Positions 1-12,548 of a stretch of 64,000 nt of DNA are shown here, piece by piece. The notes beneath the pieces are model-generated. The model did not search any database and was not told the DNA's origin. It was given only the letters and a program-made list of their open reading frames with translations. Both the position numbers and the translations under genes were made by a program. The stretch comes from Octopus vulgaris (Eukaryota): the NCBI GenBank assembly GCA_951406725.2, contig OX597818.1:80166001-80230000 (forward strand). Reading direction: 5' to 3'. Position 1 is the first letter of the stretch; each line of letters starts with the position of its first letter.

Positions 1-1
1 T

Positions 2-802
2 TTCAAAAACATAATCATCCATCCAACCAGTTTCTGTAATGTTGTATGTTGTCCCAGCAGGGCCACCCATCATCCACGTATCGTACAGGTATTTACCTTT
101 GTAAATAACGTAGGGAGGCAGATACTCTCCCTCAGCATTGCCACAAAATAAAACTGTGTAAAGTGTCTTACCCACCGATGGCATCACATACTGACCGTTC
201 TTAATGCCACGGTGATGAAAAGCTTTTTTCTTTTTGGGGTCGAGATTAAGTCCCGTTTCATTTAAATTGTAAAATCGTTCTGGTAAATCTGTTATTCCCA
301 GTTGATTAACCAACTGAGTCAACATTTGAAAAAAGCCATCGATAACTGCATCGGTGAGTTCTCTAACTTTTGCATTATTTACATAATCTGGATTCCTCAA
401 AGTTAATCTGTCTTTCCAGCGATTCATGAAATGGTGAAGCCAGTCGTCTCCAGGTATATTATTTTTGAAAACCGTTTGCAGATCCATGGAATCGAGATAA
501 CTTTTCACGATAAGTTTCAGTTGTTCATTATCCAACGTCCAGCCGAGGTCACTCAGATATAAGAGTGCCTCTATTAAATATTCTTCGATTTCCGTTGACA
601 GGACTGTATCACGGCCCGATCGAAAATGAGCACTTTCGCGTTTGTTAACCCATCTTTCTAACGTGGATCTTGGTACACCAAACTTCCGAGCAACTGATCG
701 AAAAGTCACACCTTTACCTCCGTTTTTATAACAATTTATAGCATCCCTCAGATCATCTTCAGAAAAAGTTTTCAAAGTTTTTCTTTTGTATAACCGGGGC
801 AT
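2..802 (-). CDS. pogo/Fot1/Tigger-family transposase-derived protein (psq-type HTH + CENP-B-type HTH + start of DDE_1 domain), 3' part outside window
   Basis: Manual translation from ATG at 802 gives 267 stop-free codons to the edge: MPRLYKRKTLKTFSEDDLRDAINCYKNGGKGVTFRSVARKFGVPRSTLERW...PGDDWLHHFMNRW...FYNLNETG...TVLFCGNAEGEYLPPYVIYKG...TETGWMDDYVFE. These motifs are typical of pogo-superfamily transposases. Confidence 0.9.
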   Translation of the reverse strand, partial: MPRLYKRKTLKTFSEDDLRDAINCYKNGGKGVTFRSVARKFGVPRSTLERWVNKRESAHFRSGRDTVLSTEIEEYLIEALLYLSDLGWTLDNEQLKLIVKSYLDSMDLQTVFKNNIPGDDWLHHFMNRWKDRLTLRNPDYVNNAKVRELTDAVIDGFFQMLTQLVNQLGITDLPERFYNLNETGLNLDPKKKKAFHHRGIKNGQYVMPSVGKTLYTVLFCGNAEGEYLPPYVIYKGKYLYDTWMMGGPAGTTYNITETGWMDDYVFE

Positions 803-2087
803 GACGATGCGTTTCACTTCCCACAAGTTTGCTTTGTCTGTTTGTTATTCTTAAATAGTATCTACACTTCTCCCTCTATTTCTCTTTCTGGTTTATCTTA
901 ATTGTGTCGTCTTATAAAAGAAAATATCACAAAATATCAACTAAAAAGTGGCCCCACCCATAACACAGCTTGTTCTTGAAACACAAACATAGTAGAGCCC
1001 TCCCGCATCTCATGCAAGACAACGTTCCTTAGCTAGTTTTATATATATTCAGCTAACATTTAGGCACATTGTTTTAGTTTCGTTACAATATTCTACTTTA
1101 GAAACACACGATGGTTCTTAATATTTCCGCCTTCTTTTCTTTTTTTATCAGTCTTTCTTTCCAACACGTTAGTGGATCCTGGATTTCAACGATTTCAGCG
1201 GATATTAAGTCCTTTCACAACAATACTCTTGATCAAACAAGGCAAAACTGGCAGAATTTCACAGAGAAAATGTTAACAGTTTATTATATTTATATAAAAA
1301 GCTTTGGGGAAAGAGCAAAAAGGAATTCAACACGATTTCGCTTTAAAACTTCCAAGACATTTAAAGTAAAAAGCTTGAAGTCATTATTGCTGGTGTAAAG
1401 CTAAGGTCAAACGACCTAAAATGATATTCCACACAGTATTACATTGTAGGAAGGATTTTCACAACCTTCAATACGGGAGGAGCCTTACTACTTTCATTTG
1501 ATCTGACTGATCGCGTTATTGCTTTTCAACAATGTTTTATATATCTCCCCCATCATTTCCCTAGATGCATTTTCCCCTTATTTCGTCGTTAGCACCAACT
1601 AAAACTTTCTCTTCCCCGTCTATCAACACTAAAAAGGAATACGATTTAATTAGCACGGAAATACTGCTAAAGAACGTCATTGGTTGCAGAGAGAGAGAGG
1701 GATAGCGAGACAAGATTTAAGTTTTTCTTCTTATATTTAAAAGTGGAAAGAATGCAACATTGCATGACAAGGATCTAGTTATGGAACTGTGATTAATATT
1801 ATTATTACACATGGATCTGAGATAATTGATAAAATGCGTGCGTATGTGTCTCTTTACAATGATGAGTGTGCGCGTGTCATTTGTTATTCTGTTGGTAATT
1901 CTCGCCGGGAAATCAGCACGATTGCCAGCGGAAAGAGAGGAGAAATAAGATCATAGGCATGAAAAGCAATCTTACTTCGTCCATTGGTGAGAAGGTTTGC
2001 GTGAGAAGGCAGTCTTAGGAAGGTTTTCTGACTAGAGTTCAGCTGGATCCTACTGTCCACACTTGCCGCGTAAACACAACATACTAT

Positions 2088-2170
2088 GGAGGAAGTCTCG
2101 GACCGCTAGTACTCACTTCCGGTCTCATAGCAACTCTCGCTCAGATGTTAAGCATTGCGAGACTTCCTCC
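2088..2170. promoter_or_regulatory. Candidate bidirectional promoter core: ETS site flanked by a 13-bp perfect inverted repeat
   Basis: CACTTCCGGT at 2114-2123; GGAGGAAGTCTCG (2088-2100) and its reverse complement CGAGACTTCCTCC (2158-2170); lies between two divergent ORFs. Confidence 0.5.
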
Positions 2171-2828
2171 TCATATTTTTTTCCTCACTATGGAATCAAA
2201 TTTTTTTTTTTAATTCAGAAATATATATATACTCATGTAAATGTAGATATTTATGTATAACTGACTATAAATGTAAAAATATAACAAAGACATAGATAAT
2301 TTAATACGCACGCGCACACATACGTGTGTATGTGTTCGTGCCTATATGTATGTATATAAATATATATGTATGTATATATAAGTGTGTGTGTGTTTATGTA
2401 AGAGTGTGTATCTGTTTATGGTGTCTTCCTAGTGGGGTAAACACCAATCGGAGCATCCCTCGTTTTTGTTGTTTTTTTTATTATTTCTTTCCCCTCCCCC
2501 TTGTTATTCAATTCCTAATTTTTTTTTTGTTTTAGTTTAATTACTATCTATTTGTGAATAGCAACAACAACTTTTTATTTATATCTAGTCGACTTTTTAA
2601 AGGGCCGCACTCGACCGTCGTGTCACACATACACATACACACATCTATATAAAATATATAATATAAATACACACACACATACATACATACACCCAAACAC
2701 ACGAACACATCCATCTAAAACATCAAACCTTAATTGACTCTGTTGAAATCCTCCATCGACTCTCGGACGACTTTAAAATCAAAATTACTTAATTCTTTAT
2801 TTAATTAACTACGTAGTGTGAATTCGAA

Positions 2829-3040
2829 ATGGCAAATACTATCAGTGAGGTTGACGTGATGGTAGGCAGCCGTCTAATCGTTGATCCAGAAGTCTATGAA
2901 TACTGGTTAAACGGTAACACAGCACATGAAGCGGCCATCAATCTACAACAGAACGGAGTGCTTGTTAAGTACCAAGCAACATTTGATGATCTTCTTAGCG
3001 ACACCAGAGACTATTACCGTACTTTTGCAAGTCTCGAACG
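2829..3040 (+). CDS. FIBP: FGF1 intracellular binding protein, coding exon 1
   Basis: MANTISEVDVMVGSRLIVDPEVYEYWLNG...LLSDTRDYYRTFASLER resembles the FIBP N-terminus; donor GTGAGC at 3041, phase 2. Confidence 0.93.
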
Positions 3041-3715
3041 GTGAGCAAATTAATAATAATAATCATGTACGGCAAAATATTTTGTTCTATATAAAAGTTC
3101 TCATCTTTTCTCTCTGTTTTCCCACCACCACTACCAATAGCACCACTAATGCATTATTTACATACACATGGTCTTCTATGTGGAGCTGTCGACCTGCTAA
3201 AAATAGCAGACAAGCCTCCTTTAAATTACAGACCCCTATCTTCTTGAAAAAAGGAAGGACCTATTTTGGTGTTGGAAATACTCAGAGCTCGAAAGAAGGA
3301 CAATCGAGGTGGTCAAGGTTGGAATGCTTTCCATCGTAAGTTTGTTCTAAGAGGTTTGGCCTGGGGTTATAACAACAATAACATGGCCTACCTTTGATCA
3401 TAATAAGCTCTGCTGAATCAACCTTGACCTGGGGTTAAATAACAACTACTTTTCTGTGAAAATGTTTTATGTGAACGCTCGTTATGCTAGAAATAACAGT
3501 CAATTTTCTCTATATATTTACTGACTTGGTAAAAGACGGGATAGCAATAGCCAGGATCCTTTTGATCCTAGGTCTGGTTCACTAGGACTGACTTGGGGCT
3601 AAATTATATATGTATATATCAAGCGTGTGCTGCATACACACACAAATATACGTGTTTAATTCCCAAGTCGAGTAGAATTTTGTTCAAATGCCTTCCAACC
3701 GTGACCATCTTGTCT

Positions 3716-3750
<35 letters not shown>

Positions 3751-4529
3751 CACTACGTCATTCAATGTGCTTTTCTGTTTTAAGTGGCAGAATATAATTT
3801 TAAGACGTCCGGCTGTTATATTTAGCATGTCGAACGACTACTTAGAGGCACCTTGTTATTGGCTCATGGGTCATTGCTGTTATTTAACCCCTGGTCATTT
3901 CAGATTGAGCAAACCTGATCAAAGTAGTTCTAGCCATAATCGTTTCGTCGTTTTGACACATGGGCCTATCAGCTGATATATATTATTGTTGTTTAACACT
4001 AGGTCAGCTGTGACTAACCCGGTTTATGGTCGAAAGTATTCCAGTAGTGACTATCCCATCTTGTTTTCAGACATAGGACAATGTTATCTAATGTAACCTT
4101 TGTTTTTCAGACCGTGATCTGACGAGAATCTCGCAGCTATTTCAAGCACATCAAACTACCACATAGAGTGTTTCTTGTTGCCGTGATCAGCTGATCTGTG
4201 CTGTATCGTTGTTTTAATGTGTCAGTAATAATACTGTAATTATTGCAATTAGTGTCATTGTTGTTTGTTAGTGATGTAATTATATAAAAACATTTTCGAT
4301 AAATTTTATTGTATTTTATTTTTCATATATATACATCGTATAAATTAGTAGCCGATAATTTTATATAACCACATGTAAATGTTATCTTTTAACCTCATTT
4401 AGTGCTGTTCAGTCCTTGACCAGCCTTGATCCAACGGGCTTATATGTGTATTTATTATTAAAAGCGTTCCCATCGTGACCATTCCGCTATATTGGCTCTA
4501 TTGCGGATTACCCGGGCAAAATATTTATT

Positions 4530-4700
4530 TCTAATGTAGGACTCAGGGCTTGATATTTTTAGTTGGGGTATCGTCGTTTATATAGATCCTGAGAGAAAGT
4601 AAAAGCAAAGTTGACCTCGGCGGGTTTTGCTCTCAAAATGCCAAGAGCCGTAACTAAATACCACAAGGCATCTTGTCTGAGTCTGTAAACGATTCTGAAA
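4530..4700 (-). mobile_element. Degenerate tRNA-derived SINE (family of the 60676 copy)
   Basis: Reverse-complement similarity to 60676-60888 (aaagcaaagttgacctcggcggg...). Other copies near 7105, 32075, 35860, 36020, 39690, 41545, 42870, 48160 and 49810. Confidence 0.65.
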
Positions 4701-5067
4701 GCAATGTGCATACAACAACAGAATTGATATTATAGCTATTTCACTTTTTATAATTAGATCTTCTGATATAATTAAACTCCTCCTCCATCCACTTTCTATA
4801 ATAAAAGCAATATTAGTTGTGAAAAGTTTCGCTTCTCACAACGTTTTTCTTTTTTTAGATTTAAATGATGACCTAAATACAGAAAAATGTGTTTAAGAAT
4901 ATGTTGATTACATGTGTGCAATGACACTTTGCATTTTTATAAGATTAAAGCAAATAGCCTTCATTACAAATTTTACAGACTCGTTATTTGAAGATTTTTT
5001 TTACCATTTATTACAGAACGTTTCCTCAATGCTCTTCACTTCAAATGATAACCAAGAATATTATTAA

Positions 5068-5110
5068 CAGTGACTTCGAAGTTTCAACCAGTTAAACTAT
5101 CCTCAGACTG
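5068..5110 (-). ncRNA. Minimal type I hammerhead ribozyme-like motif (Penelope pLTR type)
   Basis: Minus strand reads CAGU-CUGAGGA-uaguuuaacugguu-GAAA-CUUCGAAG-UC-ACUG: stem I CAGU/ACUG, intact core boxes, palindromic loop III, GUC triplet; stem II imperfect. Confidence 0.65.
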
Positions 5111-6509
5111 CGAAGCATTGTTGAAGTTAATCTGGTCTTTATATAGTCTCTGTTAAGTTAAAATCTTCCTTGGGTATGTAGGTTTGAATGGAGTTGTAAT
5201 TAGGTTTCAGGGTGGGTTATGGAGAGGTGTTTTGGAAAATTTTTTATTGATTAAATATGGAGATTATATTATTGTTTAGAATTTATTTATGTATGTAGAA
5301 CTTTGTAAGCTGGTGTGCATATTTAGATGTGTCCCTTTTGGTAGGTAGTTATGGGACATGTCAATAGTTTTAGTTATTTTTGGTAGGTAGTTATAGGACA
5401 TGACCATAGTTTTAGTTATTTTTGGTTTTATTCGATTTAATTGGATTTAATCCTTTGCCTTTTTATTGGTTTTATTGGAATTAATCCTTTGCTTTAACAA
5501 TGTAAGGCTTAAAGGTACAAAGTCCAGTATTTAAAAACTTAATAATTGGGTGGATTAGCTTCTTTTGTAATAGAATTTTTAATGGTTTACAAAAGTATGT
5601 AAGTAGGTTGTATGTTTTAGCTGGTCAGTTTCATTACTTGTTATTTAGGGTATTTCCTGTTTTTATTTGGAAGGTCAGGCATGTCATGGTGTTTTTAGTA
5701 TAGAAATTTGTTTATTTTGTGCTTTAATGTTCAGAATAGGCTGTAGGAAGATGTAAAGATTTTTGGTCCTTACGTTTCTCTCTAGATGTTCGTTGTTCTA
5801 TAAGTAATTTGATTATTTTGTAGAAATGTTAAACCTTGAGTTTTTTCGAAGTAGGGTTTGTGGACTACATGTTTATAAATATTTGATTCTGTTTCAAACC
5901 TGGATATTATAAAATGTGTGTGTATATTCATGTATAAAAATAGCAATAAAAATAAAATCCAATCTAGAAATTGAAAATTCCAAAATTTTGAATTTAAAAT
6001 GAGAAAAGAAAGAAAAAATAATCTGCAATAGAGTGGCTTTTTTTTCCTAGACCTTGTATATCTAAAACTACATTTACCCAATGTATCTCTTATTCCTTTC
6101 AAAGGGAAGAAAGAAAGGTTATGCTTTGAGGTAAATTTAGCTACTATTTCTTATAGGTCAAGAGACATCCTTCTCATTGAAGCAATAATAGTTTGTTTAA
6201 TTATTTTTGTTACATTAATTTCTATGCTGTCCTAATTGTTGTTTTATTCTCACATTGCAGTTCCTGATCTCTAACCATGACTAAATTAGGTCACTGCATA
6301 ATTCTGAAAGGTTTGCAGTGAAGACAAAACCTTTTGCTTTTGAAATATTTCAGGAATATTCAGAAATAATTTTAACATACAAAAATCCATGGGGCTGTGT
6401 GTGTGTGTGAATGAATGAGACAAGACATTTTCTACAAACAAAAACTTAATGGTAATTTTATTAAATTTTAGGAAAATTTTTATTGTTTTTTTTTTATTCA
6501 AATATTAGT

Positions 6510-6900
6510 TGTGCAGGTGTGGCTGTGTGGTAAGAAGTTTGCTTCCCAACCACATAGTTCCAGGTTCAGTCCCACTGCATGACATCTTGGGCAAGTGACT
6601 TCTATTATAGCCCTGGGCCAATCAAAGCCTAATGAGTGGATTTGATAGACAGAAACTGAGAAGCCCATCGTGTGTGTGTGTATTTCTGTCTCTGTTTATT
6701 TACCAGCAGTACTTAACAACCTCTGTTGGTTTGTTTACGTTCCTGTAATTAATGTTTCAGCAAAAGGAGAACAAAAGAATAAGTACCAGGCTTAAAAAAA
6801 AAATAAGTACTGGGATCTATTTGTTCAACTAAACCCTTCAAGACGGTGGCCCCCAGCATGGCTGCAGTCCAGTTACTAAAACGAGTAAAAGATAAAAGAT
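6510..6900 (+). mobile_element. tRNA-derived CORE-like SINE
   Basis: A-box-like TGGCTGTGTGG, B-box-like GGTTCAGTCCC, CORE-like CTTGGGCAAGT, internal (TG)n, and a 3' tail shared with many copies in the window. Confidence 0.8.
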
Positions 6901-8734
6901 AAATCGAATAGTAGATGATGGTGAACCACAACTCTATTAAGATTGTCATCTCACTATTTAATGATTAAATACATTGGGGTTGCCTATATAGGTACCAGTT
7001 GTCTATCAGTGTCCAGTTAATTGAAAGCAAAGAAAATATGTAACTGGGGTTTTGTGCTTAGTCAAGGTTGTAGAAATGGTCACAGGAGTTTGGTACCAAA
7101 CGAAATATTCTTTTCTACTCTAGACACAAGTCCCGAAATTTTTGGGGGAGGTAACCAGTCGATTAGATCGAACCCAGAACACAATTGGTACTTAATTTAT
7201 CAACCCCGAAAGGATGAAAGGCAAATTCGACCTCAGCAGAATTTGAACTTAGTGCTGAACAAAATATTGTAACTGTTCTCTGTTGAAATCTTGTACAGTG
7301 ATGACTTAAAATTTCTTTCACCTAGAGAAAGGTTCAACATCTGCCTACTGAAGAGATATGACAGTCCTTCAGTCTGAGCTTAATCATGAAACCAACTGAC
7401 TTCTTGCAGAGATACATGAAGTTCATATATTTGGGTGTACTCAAGAAGACCCGTCTTCCACAACAGAAATGTTAATGCTGCTCCCCCTGCTTGAAGAGGA
7501 TTTGCCTACAAGAGCCCTGTGCTCATGCCATGTAAACAGCGCCTGTGCCAGTGCCACATAATAGCACCCATACCAGCACCATGTAATAGCACCCATGCCA
7601 ATGCCATGTAAAAAGTACCCAGCATACTTTGTAAAGTGATTGGCATTAGGAAGGCCATCCAGCCATAGAAACCATGCCAAATCAGACCAGAGCCTAATGC
7701 AGCTCCTGCTTTTCTTGCCAGCTCTCGTCAAACCATTCAACCCATGCTAGTATGGTAAACAGTGATGATGATGATGATATACATATAATGTATTCCAGGT
7801 CATCTGGTTCAGCATCTGCTGAGAATGGGAAGTGTATCCAATTGTTGACTTTAGTATAGAGTAGACATGGGCAAACTTTTTCAAGAAGCAGGTTACTTGA
7901 GACATGACTTATCATCAGATGGGCTGCACAACTAAAAAAAAAAAAAACCCACAGTAATTTTGTGTTAGACATGCCATTCAGGAAGTCACACAAGCTGCAG
8001 TTTGCCCATGACTGGATAGAGGAAACCTGTATCTGGTTACTTTACCTGCTGGAAATAGCTAACATATCTTAGTCAGATTACACCTTACTGTCTTAAAACA
8101 AAAAACATGTCATTGCCATCATCATTATTGTTTTAACACCCACTTTTCCATATTTGCATGGGTCGGACAGAATACATTGAGGCAGGTTTTTCTCTAAGCC
8201 AGATGCCCTTCCTGTCACCAACCATCACCTGTTTCCAAGCAAGATAATATTTTTCCCTTAGCCAGATATGTTTTACATGAAAGACTGAAAATGAACAGGT
8301 GTTTTCAACTATTTTTTTATCTATGGACCCCTTTGATTACTATTTTATTCTGGTGCCCCCCCCCCCCTAGCCATTCGATGTTTATAAACTAGTTTTATAG
8401 AAACTTCTTTCAAATTTTCTATTTTGTTTTTCACACATTAACTTATGAAGGTTGAACTAAATTAAATGTTAGAGAAAAATACTTAGTTGTTTCTTGCAAT
8501 ACATACATCTACACCAAAATTTTTCAGAGGCCCTTAAAATACTATTGTAGATACCCAATTTAGTATTTTGTTACATGAATCCCTAAAACCCTTAATCAAC
8601 AACATCAATAACCTCACTGGATAGTAAAACAAAGTTGACTGGGACAAACTGTAAAAGAATGAGATTAAATATCTTAAGGCATTTAATTCACTCAACATGC
8701 ACAATGCTTTACGTTCCACATATTTAGTCACCGG

Positions 8735-10020
8735 GAATCATCATCATCATACATCCATTATCCATGCTGGCATGGGTTGGACGGTTTGGCAAGCTGGAAG
8801 GCTGCACCAGACTCCAGTCTAGTTGGATGCCCTTCCTAACACCAACCACTCTGAGATTGTAGTGGGTGTTTTTACATGCCACTAGCACAGGTGCCATTTG
8901 TGTGACGCCAGTATCTGCCATGACTGCAACTTTACTTGGCTTGATGGGTCTTCTCAAGCACAACATAATGCCAAAGGTCTCAGTCATTCATCATTGCCTC
9001 TGTGAAAGGTGCTTTTCACATTCCACCTTGCCTCTATGAGGCCCAACGCTCGAAAGGAGCTTTTTACATGCCACCAGCATAGGTGCCAGTTATGTGACAC
9101 CAGTATCAGCTACAACTACGATTTCTCTTGGCTTGATGGGTCTCTCAAGTACAGTGTATTGCAAAAGGTCTTGATCACTATTCATTACCTCCTTGAAGCC
9201 CAGTGCTTCACCACCTCATCCCATGTCTTCCTGGGTCTACCTCTACTACATGTTCTCCTCCACAGTTAGAGATCAGCACTTCTTTACACAGCTGTCCTTG
9301 ACCATACCAGTGCAGTCATCTCTCTTGCACACCACATCTGATGCCTCTTAAGCCCAACATTTCTCTGAAGATACTTATACTCTTTTGTACATGCACATTG
9401 ACATTGCATATCCAAGCAAAACATACTGGCTTCATTTCTTTCAAGCCTACACATGTCCTCGGCTGTCACAGCCCATGTTTCACTGCCATGTAGCATAGCT
9501 GTTTGCACACAGGCACCATGCAATCTGCCTTTCACTCTGAGCCAGCAGATATAGGAGCTCTCTGAACTTTGCCCAGCCTGTTCTTATTCTCACAGCTATG
9601 CTCTTGGAGCATCCACTTCTGCTTTGGTCACCTAGCTAACAGAAGCTATCTACTACTTCTAGCTTACCCCACTGGCAGTTGATGGAGTCTATCTTCTGTA
9701 TATGTTCAGCGTTTATTGTACCTGTGCATCTTCCACACACAAAAGCTATTTTCCCTGTTAACCTTCCTCTGACATTGCTGCACCTCTTATGTATCCATAG
9801 CTTACACCGGCCACATCTTACGGAGTTTCCACCTACAGCTTTTCTACAGATCAGGCAGGGCCATCTACCTGAAGGCATTTGTGATTTGTCTGCCTCTCTA
9901 CTTACTAAGACTTTGGTATTTGCTAGGTTAACTCTAAGGCCCTTCAATTCTAGACCTTGCTACCATACCTGAAACTTGTTCTCTAGTTCTGGCAGTGATT
10001 CAGCTGTAAGAGCAATAATA
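8735..10020 (-). mobile_element. 5'-truncated RTE-clade LINE remnant with 3' UTR
   Basis: RT C-terminal motifs KGLRVNLANTKVL, LEVVDSFC and MLHGSETWA...LERNE; frameshifts and stops; (TGA)n tail near 8740. Tail-only copies near 7500-7780, 11965, 21075, 28950, 36965, 44140 and 61190. Confidence 0.85.
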
Positions 10021-11082
10021 CAAATATAGACGGAAAGTGAAAGAAGCCTTTCATATAGGTGGTGGAGGTGGGGGTTATATGTTTATATGTCCATGTGTCT
10101 ATATGGGTCTGTGTGTATCTCTGCATGGGTGTGCATGTTTCTGTGTCTTGTGTTTCTGTATGAGCTTCTCTGAAAATCACTGAGCTATAATCAATGACGT
10201 TGTCATTTCCCCTGTCAACAAATTATCTGCTCACTTTGCACCTTGAAAAACAAGTAAAGGTTTGCAACAGTCAGGGCATCCAGCAGCAAAAACAACAAAT
10301 AACACCATAATAGTATATTCATCTAACCCATGCTAACATGGAAAAACAGACATAAAAACATATTAAAGATTTCCTTAGTTTATACATTTTCTTTTTCCTT
10401 TATAGTTTTGTCGGAGAATTACAGGAAGTGTCCATAACTCCCAAAACCTTTTTTGGGGTCTCCTTAGAGAGAAGAAAAGAAACACTTCATGCATTATTCT
10501 CAGACCAGATCTGAATACTTCACTACATCATTTTGATGTCCACTTTTCCTTAGTTGCATGGGTCAGACAGAATTTATTGAAGTATATTTCTGCAGCACGT
10601 TGCCCTTCCTGTCACCAACCCTTACTTGTTTCCAAGCAAGATCATATTTTTCCATGACCAAATATATTTTGGTAGAATATTAGAGATAATAACATATATG
10701 CATGCATACACACACACATACATATATATTATATATATATATATATATATACATACATACAGGGTGCAGCAGAAGTAACACCCTTTTTTGCATTTACTAA
10801 CTTTTATAGTATATAAATGTTTATTAAGTAATTTTTTATTGAACGCAAATTTATTGCATTACTTAAAGAAACAAATAATAAACTAATGAAAAAAATTGCA
10901 GAAGTTTTAGAAATTTATACAAAAGGACAATACTTTCATAAGGCTTTGATCAGCTTAAGGCTATAGTAGAAGACACTTGCTCAAGGTGCCATGCAGTTAG
11001 ATCCAACCTAGAACCTCATGATTACAAAATAAACTTCTTAAAAGAAAGGTCATACTTACATCCATTTAAAGCTACATGTCTA

Positions 11083-11690
11083 ACCCCTTAGCATTCAGTT
11101 TACTTTGTCAAATGGAGATGCAATGGCCCAGTGGTTAGGGCAGCGGACTCGCAGTCTAAGGATCGCGGTTTCAATTCTCAGACCAGGCGCTGTGAGTGTT
11201 TTTTGAACGAAAATACCTAAAGTTCCACGAGGCTCCGGCAGAGGATGGAGGTGAACCCTGCTGTACTCTTTCACCACAACTTTCTCTCGCTCTTCTTGTT
11301 CCTGTTGTACCTGTATTTCAAAGGGACCAGCCTTGTCACACTCTGTGTCACGCTGAATCTCCCTGAGAACTACATTAAGAGTGCACATGTCTGTGGAGTG
11401 CTCAGCCACTTACACATTAATTTTACGAGCAGGCTGTTCCATTGATCAGATCAACTGGAACCCTCGTCGTCGTAACCGACGGAATGCCAGTCAAATGTAA
11501 TGCTTATTTATTCACATTGTTTTCAATTAATTATGTATTATGTTGTAGCTTCAAGATTTTGATGATGTGATTATATATTTTTAGAATGACATTGTAGGGT
11601 AGGTGTATGAGGCCAGATCCGGCCAGTTTGAACATTAAAACAGGCAGAATATTTTGGCCGGATATGGTTGGTTTAAATGTTGAAGGACTA
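11083..11690. mobile_element. piggyBac-type MITE interrupted by a SINE
   Basis: Similar to 15562-15783 on both sides of the SINE; CCC-starting end. Confidence 0.65.
11114..11489 (+). mobile_element. tRNA-derived SINE (third family) with target-site duplication
   Basis: tRNA-like head TGGCCCAGTGGTTAGGGCAGCGGACTCGC...GGTTTCAATTC; GTCAAAT(G) duplicated at 11107 and 11490. Confidence 0.8.
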
Positions 11691-12548
11691 AAGAGAAAAC
11701 ATGTTATACCATTCATTAGGTAGTTACAGTATTGATTAATATTGCATATAGCAATTAAGCAGAGGATACATTTGGAGGGTTCCTTCATATTTTAATAATT
11801 TCATGGATGGGTTTAAGCTCAGCATTATAACTTAACAATACACTTTGTTTGCATCCAATGATGTAAACTAGTTCTTCTTTTGGGGCAAATGCATACATTA
11901 TTTAGAGAGTAGGATTGACCCTGTACAAGCCCTTTCCTCACTTTAAAATGCTTCAGGCATAAGACATCATCATCATTTAACGTCTGTCTTCCATGCTGGC
12001 ATGGGTTGATGGCTTGACCAGAGTTGACAAGCAGAAGAGCTGCATGAGGTCCCAGTCTGATTTGGCTTGGTTTCTACAGCTGGTTGCCTTTTCTAATACC
12101 AACCATTAAACAGTGTGTGCTGGGTGCTTTTAACATGGTGCTGGCCCAAGCACTTTTATGTGGCACCATGCCTTTACATGGTATTGATTGATTTTAAAAA
12201 ATCTCTATTATGTATTGCATACTATAGCTCGATAAAGCCAAGAAAGGTAAAACCTTCAATGAAAAATTCTGTGACAGACTGAAGGCATGTGTCAGCATGG
12301 GTGGTAACTCTCTGACCACCTGCTGCAAGAGGCACCTAACATTGTCACATCTGTACAAAAGAGTGCAGATCCCTAGCATGACAAAAAGCTGAAGATACAT
12401 TGTAGTGCCAGTTACAGTATTGTTTTACCAATTTCTTACAATCTGCTCAACCATGGCACTCCATGTGAAAAAAAATCATATACATGCATACATATATTTG
12501 TGTATACATATATATATATATATATATATGTGTATGTGTGTGTATATA

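Noticed and set aside
5336-5425. About 42-bp tandem repeat, considered as CRISPR-like
   Set aside because: Two adjacent copies without spacers in eukaryotic DNA; a simple tandem duplication.
11114-11190. tRNA-like sequences here and at other SINE heads
   Set aside because: Continuous with SINE bodies and lacking a clean cloverleaf; not called as tRNA genes.
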